Source: Actinomycetota bacterium
Lineage (GTDB): Bacteria > Actinomycetota > Acidimicrobiia > Acidimicrobiales > JACCXE01
Assembly: GCA_041166285.1 (NCBI GenBank)
Contig: JBEEFR010000179.1
Coordinates: forward strand, 1-47,599
Reading direction: 5' to 3'
Length of the DNA: 47,599 bases
Shown here: positions 10,018 through 17,953 of the stretch, piece after piece
Position numbering within the stretch: position 1 is the first letter of the stretch
How the letters are laid out: every line of letters begins with the position of its first letter
Translations under genes and position numbers: made by a program
The notes under the pieces: generated by a model
Database searches by the model: none
What the model saw: the letters and a program-made list of their open reading frames with translations, nothing else
Told to the model about the DNA's origin: nothing

Positions 10018-10860
10018 ATGGCGAACGTCGGGGTCGTCGTCGTCACGTACCGGTCGGCCGCGACCATTAGGGGGTGTTTGTCCTCGTTACGCACCGCTTC
10101 GGCGGCGCCGATCGAGGTCGTGGTCGTGGATAACGCCTCCGACGACGGGTCCGTGGACGCGGCGCGGGCCGCTGATCCGCTGGCGATTGTCGTCAGCCGG
10201 CCCACGAACGACGGCTACGGCACCGCGAACAACGCGGGCGTCGCCGCACTCGACGCGCACACCGATTTCGTGCTGTTCGCCAACCCCGACACCGTGTGGC
10301 CGGCGGGTGCGATCGACGCCCTTGTGGCGCGACTGCGGGACCCCGACGTCGGTCTCGTGAGCCCGGCGCTGGTCGGCGAGGACGGCCAGTTGCAACCGAT
10401 CGTCGAAGACGACTTGGCGCTGGGTCCGGTGCTGCGCGGCATGACGCGTCTCGGCGAACCCGTTCGGCCGCGGACGCCGGGCGCCGACGGCGCCGTCGAC
10501 TGGCTACACACGGCCGCCGCGCTGGTACCGATGGGCGTCGTACGCGCCCTCGGCGGTTTTGACGAGCGCTTCTTCCTCTTCGGCGAAGACGCGGACTTCT
10601 GCCGGCGCGTGCGCGCCCTCGGCAAGCGCGTGGAAGTGGCGACCGATGTACGCGTCACCCACGTCGGCGGCGCGTCGATGGACGCCACGCACGATTCGGA
10701 CGCACTCGCCGGGATGCGGACGCGCGCCGTCGCCACGTACCTCGAGAAGTACAACGGCAAGCTGGCGCGCCGCGCGTTCGGAGCCGTGGGGACTGTCGTC
10801 TACGGACTCGGTCGCCACCACGGGCAGGCGCGCGCCGCGTGGAATGCGTTGACGCGATGA
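10018..10860 (+). CDS. Family 2 glycosyltransferase
   Basis: MANVGVVVVTYRSAATIRGCLSSL...VVVDNASDDGS...FANPDT...GEDADFCRR are GT2 motifs. Confidence 0.82.
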   Translation: MANVGVVVVTYRSAATIRGCLSSLRTASAAPIEVVVVDNASDDGSVDAARAADPLAIVVSRPTNDGYGTANNAGVAALDAHTDFVLFANPDTVWPAGAIDALVARLRDPDVGLVSPALVGEDGQLQPIVEDDLALGPVLRGMTRLGEPVRPRTPGADGAVDWLHTAAALVPMGVVRALGGFDERFFLFGEDADFCRRVRALGKRVEVATDVRVTHVGGASMDATHDSDALAGMRTRAVATYLEKYNGKLARRAFGAVGTVVYGLGRHHGQARAAWNALTR

Positions 10861-11675
10861 CTCGCGTCGCCGTCTGCGTGCCGTGTCATCGCGACGAACC
10901 CGGCATTGCGCGCACGATCGAGTCGCTGGCGGCCTCCGCAGCCCGCCTCGAGCACGACTGGCGGCTAGTGGTGTGCGTCAACGGTCGCGACAGCGCGCAC
11001 AGCCCAGCGGCGGACGCCGTGCGCGCCACCGACGCCACGCTGCGACTCCTCGACGTCGGCTCGAAGCCCGCGGCGTGGAACGTGCTGCGCCACGAACCAG
11101 CCGACGTCTACGTGTTCGCCGATGCCGACGTGCTCGTGAACGCCTGGGCGATTCCGGCGCTGGTCGACGCCGTCTCGGCGAAGGGCGTGGTCGCGGCTGC
11201 CGCCAAGCAGGAACACCTCGGCGACGGAATGGTCGCCCACGTCGCCCTCGTGCCGCATCGCCTGGAGTGGGGAGGGTTGCTCGGCACGCTGTACGCGGCG
11301 CGCGGCGAGGCCCTTCCCGAGCAGATGCCGACCGACGTGCTGCTCGACGACGCGTGGCTCTTCGCGCAACTCGGCGCCGCGGGACGCGTCGAACAGGTGC
11401 CGCTGGCGACTGCGACCGTGCAACTCCCGACGCGGTGGCGTGACCTCTGGCGTCAGCGCGTGCGCGCCGAGGCGGGAAAGCAGCAGATGCGCGCGCTCGG
11501 CCTGTCGCTCGCCGAACCGCCGGGCGAGACGCGTTCGGTCTATCGCACGCTGGTGGCGTATCCCCCGCGCGAATGGCCCTTCGTCGCAGCGCTGGCGGCC
11601 GTGAAGCTGGCAGCGGCGCTGCGCGCCCGTCGCGGTCATCCCGAATGGAAGCTGGCGACGACCACGAAGGCGTGA
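10857..11675 (+). CDS. Glycosyltransferase-like protein (GT2/GT-A fold, divergent)
   Basis: Start taken at ATG 10857 (MTRVAVCVPCHRDEPGIARTIESL), which makes an ATGA overlap with the preceding GT2 stop. DxD-like FADADV motif. Family assignment is weaker than for the other GT2 genes. Confidence 0.6.
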   Translation: MTRVAVCVPCHRDEPGIARTIESLAASAARLEHDWRLVVCVNGRDSAHSPAADAVRATDATLRLLDVGSKPAAWNVLRHEPADVYVFADADVLVNAWAIPALVDAVSAKGVVAAAAKQEHLGDGMVAHVALVPHRLEWGGLLGTLYAARGEALPEQMPTDVLLDDAWLFAQLGAAGRVEQVPLATATVQLPTRWRDLWRQRVRAEAGKQQMRALGLSLAEPPGETRSVYRTLVAYPPREWPFVAALAAVKLAAALRARRGHPEWKLATTTKA

Positions 11676-11716
11676 TCTCGCCCAAGAGATAGCGCGAGCG
11701 CGATACCGTATTTGAT

Positions 11717-12364
11717 ATGACACTCATACCGACGGTGCTCGACCAGTCATCCCGCGGTGAACGCGCCTACGACATCTTCTCGCTCCTCCTCAAGGAACGC
11801 ATCGTGTTCCTCGGTCAGGAAGTCGACGACCAAGTCGCCAACCTCCTGATCGCGCAGATCCTGTATCTCGACGCACAGGACCCCGAACGCGACATCTACC
11901 TCTACATCAACTCGCCCGGTGGTCTCGCCTACGGCGGCATGGCGATCTACGACGTCATGCAGCACACGCAGGCAGAGGTCTCGACGCTGTGCGTGGGCAT
12001 GGGCATGTCGGCCGCCGCGATGATCCTCGCCGCCGGCGCGCCCGGAAAACGCTTCGCCCTTCCGAGCGCCAAGATCATGATTCACCAGGGTTCGGCCGGC
12101 ACGGGGCGCGTTTCTCCGCGTGACATGGAGATTCAGCTGCGCGAGGTGCTGTCGACGACGCGACGGATGGCCGAGATCATCGCCCACCACTCGGGCAGGA
12201 GCATCGAGCAGGTCGAGCGCGACATCGACCGCGACTACTTCATGACCGCGCAAGAGGCGAAGGACTACGGCCTCATCGACGAAATCATTGCGCCACGCCG
12301 AGGATTGTCGGCCAGCGCTCTAGAACTACTCGACCGGGAGGCCCAGGCCGCGAGCAATCACTAG
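11717..12364 (+). CDS. clpP: ATP-dependent Clp protease proteolytic subunit
   Basis: RGERAYDIFSLLLKERIVFLG...YINSPGG...CVGMGMSAAAMILAAG (Ser), IMIHQGS (His), RDIDRDYFMTAQEAKDYGLIDEI (Asp). The catalytic triad positions are conserved. Confidence 0.9.
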   Translation: MTLIPTVLDQSSRGERAYDIFSLLLKERIVFLGQEVDDQVANLLIAQILYLDAQDPERDIYLYINSPGGLAYGGMAIYDVMQHTQAEVSTLCVGMGMSAAAMILAAGAPGKRFALPSAKIMIHQGSAGTGRVSPRDMEIQLREVLSTTRRMAEIIAHHSGRSIEQVERDIDRDYFMTAQEAKDYGLIDEIIAPRRGLSASALELLDREAQAASNH

Positions 12365-13468
12365 GCGCTGGATCTCGCTCGTGCCTTCGCCGATCTCGAG
12401 GATCTTCGAATCGCGGTAGTGCCGGGCGACGAGCGTCTCGTCCATGAAGCCGTACCCGCCGAACACTTGGGTCGCCATGCGCGTCGCCGTCACCGCCGCT
12501 TCGGTCGCGTACAGCTTCGCCACCGCCGCCTCGTTCTTGAACGGACGACCGGCGTCTTTTAGCCACGCCGCTTTGTAGACGAGGGCGCGCGCCGCGTCGG
12601 CCATCACTGCGAGGTCGGAACACGCGAACGCCACGGCTTGGTTCGTGCCGATCGCCTTTCCGAACGCGTTGCGGTTCTTCGCGTACTCGACGCTCTCGTC
12701 GAGGCAGCACTGGATCACACCGACAGCGAGCGCGCCGATGGCGATGCGGCCTTCGTCGAGGATCGAGAGGAACTGACGGAAGCCGTGACCCCGTGCCCCG
12801 AGCAGGTTCGCCGCCGGCACGCGGGCGTCGCTGAATGTGAGGCCGTGCGTGTCGGACGCGTGCCATCCCATCTTGCGGTACGGCGGCTGCGGGGTGAAGC
12901 CGGGCGTTCCCGCGGGGACGATGATCGCCGAGATCACGCCGGGACCCGTGCGCGCCGTCACGGTCACGAGTGACGTGATCGACGAACCGGAGTTGGTGAT
13001 GAACGCCTTCTCGCCGTTGAGCACCCACTCGTCGCCGTCGAGGGTCGCGGTGGTTCGCGTACCGCCGGCGTCGCTACCGGCGTCGGGTTCGGTCAGGCCG
13101 AAGCCCGCGAGCTTGCGGCCGGCGACGAGATCGGGCAACCACGTCTGGCGCTGCTCTTCGGTGCCGAACTGGAAGATCGGGTTGGCGCCGAGCCCCACGC
13201 CCGCCTCGAGCGTGATGCCGATCGACTGGTCGACGCGCCCGAGTTCCTCGATGGCGATGCACAGCGTGGTGAAGTCGGCGTTCGAGCCGCCGTACTCCTC
13301 CGGGAACGGCAGGCCGAACAGGCCCAACTCGCCCATTGCCTGCACCGTGTCGACGGGGAAGTAGTGGTCGCGATCCCACGCTTCGGCGTGCGGCGCGATC
13401 TCGGCGTTGGCGAAGTCGCGCACGACCTTGCGGAACTGCTCTTGCTCGTCGGTAAACGAAAACTCCAT
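12326..13468 (-). CDS. Acyl-CoA dehydrogenase
   Basis: MEFSFTDEQEQFRKVVRDFANAEIAP...GLTEPDAGSD...ILEIGEGTSEIQRLVIAR shows typical ACAD N, middle and C-terminal motifs. Confidence 0.9.
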   Translation of the reverse strand: MEFSFTDEQEQFRKVVRDFANAEIAPHAEAWDRDHYFPVDTVQAMGELGLFGLPFPEEYGGSNADFTTLCIAIEELGRVDQSIGITLEAGVGLGANPIFQFGTEEQRQTWLPDLVAGRKLAGFGLTEPDAGSDAGGTRTTATLDGDEWVLNGEKAFITNSGSSITSLVTVTARTGPGVISAIIVPAGTPGFTPQPPYRKMGWHASDTHGLTFSDARVPAANLLGARGHGFRQFLSILDEGRIAIGALAVGVIQCCLDESVEYAKNRNAFGKAIGTNQAVAFACSDLAVMADAARALVYKAAWLKDAGRPFKNEAAVAKLYATEAAVTATRMATQVFGGYGFMDETLVARHYRDSKILEIGEGTSEIQRLVIARGLGLPVE

Positions 13469-13494
13469 CTCGGACCCGATCGTAGGCTGGCCTC

Positions 13495-14496
13495 TTGACC
13501 ACTCCGCTCGCTGTCGTCGGAGGGATGCTCCTCACGGGACTCAGCGACGTCACGCGCGACCCGTCGGCACTGGACGGAGGCGAGGGCGTGTGGGCCGTGG
13601 TCGCGGGATTCGAGGGTGACGTCGTCTGCGCGCGTTTCGACGACGTCCGACCGGCGACGCCATGGCCCGGCGAGCCGTGGCGCGGGCCGTCACGCGACGC
13701 GAGGTCCAGCTCACTCGACGCGGCCGCGTTCAAGAAAGGCGTCGACACGATTCGCGACGCCATCGGACGCGGCGACGTGTACCAGGTGAATCTGTGCCGC
13801 GTCCTTTCGGCGCCGGTCGCGGCCGACGCCGATGTCGCCGCGCTGGGCGCGGCGCTCGCCGAGGGAAACCCGGCGCCGTTCTCCGCGGTCGTGCGGTTAC
13901 CGGAGCAAGGCGTGCACGTCGCCAGCGCGTCGCCAGAGCGATTTGTGCGCCGCGACGGCGACGTCGTGCTGTCGCAGCCGATCAAAGGCACCGCCGCGAC
14001 CATCGACGCCTTTCTCGCGAAGGACTACGCCGAGAACGTGATGATCGTCGATCTTGTCCGCAACGACCTCGGTCGGTGCTGCGAGTTCGGGTCGGTGGAG
14101 GTGCCGGCGCTTTGTGCGGTGGAGCCGCATCCCGGTCTGTTCCACCTCGTGTCAACGGTGTCCGGTCGCTTGCGTGCGGAGTGTGGCTGGGCCGACGTGT
14201 TGGAGGCGACGTTTCCGCCCGGGTCGGTCACGGGCGCGCCGAAGATTGCTGCGCTCGAGATCATCCAGTCGCTCGAACCCGTTGCGCGCGGCCCATACTG
14301 CGGCGCGATCGGCTGGGTCGACGCCGCGCGCAACGTCGGCGACCTCAACGTCGGCATCCGCACGTTTTGGTTGGCGGAGGGGCAGATCCACTTCGGCACC
14401 GGCGGCGGCATCACGTGGGATTCGACGCCCGACGGCGAGTGGGCCGAAACCGAACTCAAAGCCCGCCGGTTGCTCTCGGTAGCGTCAGCGCAATGA
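13495..14496 (+). CDS. pabB: Chorismate-binding enzyme, aminodeoxychorismate synthase component I-like (compact form)
   Basis: GDVYQVNL, ASPERF, PIKGT, GSVTGAPK, RGPYCGAIGW and GGGIT motifs are present. TTG start at 13495. ATGA overlap with the downstream class IV aminotransferase-fold gene. Confidence 0.8.
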   Translation: MTTPLAVVGGMLLTGLSDVTRDPSALDGGEGVWAVVAGFEGDVVCARFDDVRPATPWPGEPWRGPSRDARSSSLDAAAFKKGVDTIRDAIGRGDVYQVNLCRVLSAPVAADADVAALGAALAEGNPAPFSAVVRLPEQGVHVASASPERFVRRDGDVVLSQPIKGTAATIDAFLAKDYAENVMIVDLVRNDLGRCCEFGSVEVPALCAVEPHPGLFHLVSTVSGRLRAECGWADVLEATFPPGSVTGAPKIAALEIIQSLEPVARGPYCGAIGWVDAARNVGDLNVGIRTFWLAEGQIHFGTGGGITWDSTPDGEWAETELKARRLLSVASAQ

Positions 14497-15329
14497 GTCA
14501 TGTCTGGTTGAACGGCGCGCTCCTCGACGATTCGATGGCGACGCTGTCAGTGTTCGACCACGGCACGACCGTCGGTGACGGCGTGTTCGAGACGATGCTG
14601 TGTTATCCCGAGACGGGCGTCGCGTTCGCGGCCGAGCACCTGCGCCGTTTGCGGGCGTCGGCAGCCGGGCTGTACCTCGAAGTCCCGTATGACGACGCGG
14701 CGCTCGTCCACGCCGTCGACGAGGTCGTCGGCTCCGAACCGCGCGACAACACGTGCGTCCGCGTGCGGCTTACGGTCACGGGCGGCGCCGGTCCACTCGG
14801 CTCGGACCGCGGTGGTGCGACACCGACGGTGATCGTCGCAGCAACGCCGCAGAAGCCGTGGCCGCCAACCGCGACGCTGGCGCCCGTGCCCTGGCCGCGC
14901 AACGAACGCGGTGCACTCGCAGGGTTGAAGACGACGAGCTATGCCGAGAACGTCGTCGCGCTGCACGCCGCGCACGACGCCGGCGCGGACGAGGCCCTGT
15001 TCTGCGACACGCGCGGCAACGTGTGCGAGGGAACCGGTACGAACATTTTCGCCGTCATCGACGACGAGCTGTTAACGCCTCCGCTGACGACGGGCTGTCT
15101 TGCGGGCGTCACGCGCCACGTCGTCATCGACGCCTATGGCGCCATCGAGAAAATGTTCTCTCTCACCGATCTGGCGCGTGCGAGCGAAGTCTTCGTCACG
15201 TCGACCACCCGTGAAGTGCAAGCCGTGTGCGAGATCATCGGCGTCGCCGACCTCCGCGCCACGTCGCCCGGCCCGATCACCGAAGCCGCACACGACGCCT
15301 ACACCGAGGCCCGCAAATCGTTCTTGTGA
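14493..15329 (+). CDS. pabC: Aminodeoxychorismate lyase / class IV (branched-chain/D-amino-acid) aminotransferase-fold protein
   Basis: Real start is ATG 14493 (MSHVWLNGALLDDSMATLSVFDHGTTVGDGVFET...GLKTTSY...EGTGTNIF). The first 277 aa of track ORF 13662..15329 are an out-of-frame overlap of pabB. Confidence 0.8.
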   Translation: MSHVWLNGALLDDSMATLSVFDHGTTVGDGVFETMLCYPETGVAFAAEHLRRLRASAAGLYLEVPYDDAALVHAVDEVVGSEPRDNTCVRVRLTVTGGAGPLGSDRGGATPTVIVAATPQKPWPPTATLAPVPWPRNERGALAGLKTTSYAENVVALHAAHDAGADEALFCDTRGNVCEGTGTNIFAVIDDELLTPPLTTGCLAGVTRHVVIDAYGAIEKMFSLTDLARASEVFVTSTTREVQAVCEIIGVADLRATSPGPITEAAHDAYTEARKSFL

Positions 15330-15368
15330 TGTTCCGTCAAGGTCTTCTTGACGAAACATCACAAGAAC
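15320..15368. terminator. Hairpin between convergent pabC and birA (putative bidirectional, I-shaped terminator)
   Basis: Arms 15320-15341 (gttcttgtgatgttccgtcaag) and 15347-15368 (cttgacgaaacatcacaagaac) form a 22-bp stem with one mismatch and a 5-nt loop. It is AT-richer than its surroundings. The pabC stop lies inside the left arm, and the birA stop is 5 nt beyond the right arm. No clear U-tract. Confidence 0.5.
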
Positions 15369-15372
15369 AAGA

Positions 15373-16095
15373 TCAGCGGACGTGGATGACGTCGCCGGCG
15401 ATGACGCGGCGTGGGCCGGCGTCGGTGTGCACGATGAGGGCGCCATCGTCGTCGACGCCCGTGGCGGCGCCGGTGAAGGCGCCGTCGGCCATCTCGACGC
15501 GCACGTTTCGGCCCACGGTCTCGCACCGCGCTTTGTACTCGCGCGCCACGTCGTCCCAACCGGCGTCGAGGCGGGCCGACACGTGCTCGAGGAGCGCGTC
15601 GAGCACGTCCTCGGTGTGGACGGGCCGTCCGGCGGCGTGGTTGGCGGCGATGGCGATGTCTGCGACTTCAGGGGGCAGCTCGTCGGGCCACGTGCAGTTG
15701 ATGCCGATGCCGACGACGACCGCCGGCGGGACGCCCTCGACTTCGGTGAGGACGCCGGCGAGTTTGCGGTCGCCGAGCAGCAGGTCGTTCGGCCACTTGA
15801 GCGACGGGTGCACGTCGGCGATGAGCGCGATGGCGTCGGCGCCCGACATCGCCACGGCCGCCGTCGCCAGGTGGAGACGGTCGGCGGGGAGGCCCTCCGG
15901 ACGCAGCAGGAGGCTCATCAACAACGAACCGCCCGGCGGCGACACCCACGTTCGCCCCAGGCGTCCCCGGCCCGCGGTCTGCTCGTCGGCCACGGCGACG
16001 AGCCCTTCGGGCGCCCCGTTCCGGGCCCGTTCCATCACCCACGTATTGGTGGAATCGATCGTCGCGAAGCGATGAATCTCGAACCGCGACTTCAT
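15373..16095 (-). CDS. birA: Biotin--[acetyl-CoA-carboxylase] ligase (group I, no HTH domain)
   Basis: ATIDSTNTWVMERAR...ADEQTAGRGRLGRTWVSPPGGSL...KWPNDLLL are BirA catalytic motifs. Confidence 0.9.
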   Translation of the reverse strand: MKSRFEIHRFATIDSTNTWVMERARNGAPEGLVAVADEQTAGRGRLGRTWVSPPGGSLLMSLLLRPEGLPADRLHLATAAVAMSGADAIALIADVHPSLKWPNDLLLGDRKLAGVLTEVEGVPPAVVVGIGINCTWPDELPPEVADIAIAANHAAGRPVHTEDVLDALLEHVSARLDAGWDDVAREYKARCETVGRNVRVEMADGAFTGAATGVDDDGALIVHTDAGPRRVIAGDVIHVR

Positions 16096-16115
16096 TCTGC
16101 GATGCTACGACCCAT

Positions 16116-17924
16116 ATGTTCGCCAAGGTTCTGATAGCCAACCGCGGGGAGATCGCTGTCCGCGTTATCCGCACGTGCCGCGAGCTCGGCATCCCGACCG
16201 TCGCCGTGTATTCGGATCTCGATCGCGACGCCATGCACGTGCGCCTGGCGGACGAGGCCTACGCCCTCGGCGGCACAACCGCAGCCGAGAGCTACCTCAA
16301 CACTGACGCCATCCTCGGCGTCATCGATCGCAGCGGCGCCGACGCTGTCCACCCCGGCTACGGGTTCTTCTCCGAGAACACCGACTTCGCGCGCGCCATC
16401 GCCGCCAAAGGCGTCACGTTCATCGGTCCGCCGCCCGAAGCGATCGAAGTCATGGGCGACAAGATCTCGTCGCGCATTGCAGCGGAGAAGGCCGGCGTCA
16501 ACGGTGTGCCCGGACGCAACGACGTGCTGCAGAGCGGCGACGAGGTTGTCGCGTTCGGCAACGAGTTCGGGTGGCCGGTCGCCATCAAGGCGGCGTACGG
16601 CGGTGGCGGACGCGGCATGCGCGTCGTCGAGAAGCCCGAGGACGCCGCTGACGCGTTGGCGAGCGCGCAGTCCGAGGCGCTCAAGGGATTCGGACGCGAC
16701 GAGTGCTACATCGAGCGCTACCTGACGTGGCCGCGCCACATCGAGATGCAGGTCTTCTGCGACACCAAGGGCAACGGTGTGTGGCTCGGTGAGCGCGACT
16801 GCTCGTGCCAACGCCGTCACCAGAAGCTCGTCGAAGAATCACCGGCGGCGAACTTTCCCGACGAGATCCGCACTGCGATGGGCGAGGCCGCGGTCGCGGT
16901 CGCGCAGGCGTGCGGCTACGTCAACGCCGGCACCGTCGAGTTCCTGTACCAGGACGGCGAGTTCTACTTCCTCGAGATGAACACTCGGCTCCAGGTCGAG
17001 CACCCGGTCACCGAGTTGGTGTGCGGGATGGACCTCGTCGAACTCCAGCTGCAAATCGCGGCCGGCAAGAAGTTGCCCGTGAGCCAGAAGCAGATCGCAG
17101 CACGCCGGCGCGGCCACGCCATCGAGGTGCGCATCAACGCCGAGGACCCCGCCGGCGGCAAGTTCCTGCCGGCGCCCGGGACGCTCACGAAGTTCGACCG
17201 GCCCGACGGCTTCGGCGTGCGCGTCGACGCCGGCTACGACGCCGGCGACACGGTCAGCCAGTACTACGACAACCTCGTCGCCAAGCTGATCACCTGGGGC
17301 CCCGACCGCGACAGCGCGCGTCGTCGCATGCTGCGCGCCCTCGCCGAAACGAAGATCGAAGGGATCGCCACGACGATCCCGGCGCACGTCGCCATCCTCA
17401 GCCATCCCGACTTCATCAGCGGCGAGCACTCGACGAAGTGGGTCGAGGAGCGCCTCGACTTCACGGGCGTTTCGTCGGCGCCAACTGCGCCGGTCGTCGG
17501 TGAGGACGGCGAGACGAAGGTCTTGCGCGAAGTCGAGGCTGAGGTCGACGGGCGCAAGTACACCGTCAAGCTGTGGATGCCCGACGTCGCGCCGGTTGCC
17601 GTTGCGGGCGCGTCCGGCCCGGCGCGCGCCGGTGGCGCCGCACCGGGGCGCCCGCACGCACCAACCGCGCAAGGCGGCGGCGTCGCGGGCGCGCACGCGG
17701 GCGACATCGCCGTGCCGATGCAAGGCACGATCGTAAAGGTGATGGTCGCCGTCGGCGACACGGTGAAGGCCGGTCAGGCCGTGTGCGTCCTCGAAGCCAT
17801 GAAGATGGAGAACAACATCATGAGCGAGGTCGACGGCGAGGTGAAGGCCGTCAAGGTCGAGGTCGGCCAAACCGTCGGTGCCGGCGACATCGTCGTCGTC
17901 GTCGAACCCGCCGCCGCCTCCTGA
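16116..17924 (+). CDS. Acyl-CoA carboxylase alpha chain (biotin carboxylase + biotin carboxyl carrier domain)
   Basis: MFAKVLIANRGEIAVRVIRTCRELGI..., an ATP-grasp core, and the C-terminal biotinylation motif CVLEAMKMEN. Confidence 0.93.
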   Translation: MFAKVLIANRGEIAVRVIRTCRELGIPTVAVYSDLDRDAMHVRLADEAYALGGTTAAESYLNTDAILGVIDRSGADAVHPGYGFFSENTDFARAIAAKGVTFIGPPPEAIEVMGDKISSRIAAEKAGVNGVPGRNDVLQSGDEVVAFGNEFGWPVAIKAAYGGGGRGMRVVEKPEDAADALASAQSEALKGFGRDECYIERYLTWPRHIEMQVFCDTKGNGVWLGERDCSCQRRHQKLVEESPAANFPDEIRTAMGEAAVAVAQACGYVNAGTVEFLYQDGEFYFLEMNTRLQVEHPVTELVCGMDLVELQLQIAAGKKLPVSQKQIAARRRGHAIEVRINAEDPAGGKFLPAPGTLTKFDRPDGFGVRVDAGYDAGDTVSQYYDNLVAKLITWGPDRDSARRRMLRALAETKIEGIATTIPAHVAILSHPDFISGEHSTKWVEERLDFTGVSSAPTAPVVGEDGETKVLREVEAEVDGRKYTVKLWMPDVAPVAVAGASGPARAGGAAPGRPHAPTAQGGGVAGAHAGDIAVPMQGTIVKVMVAVGDTVKAGQAVCVLEAMKMENNIMSEVDGEVKAVKVEVGQTVGAGDIVVVVEPAAAS

Positions 17925-17953
17925 TCACGGGCGGTGGGCGTAGGGTCCGCGGT

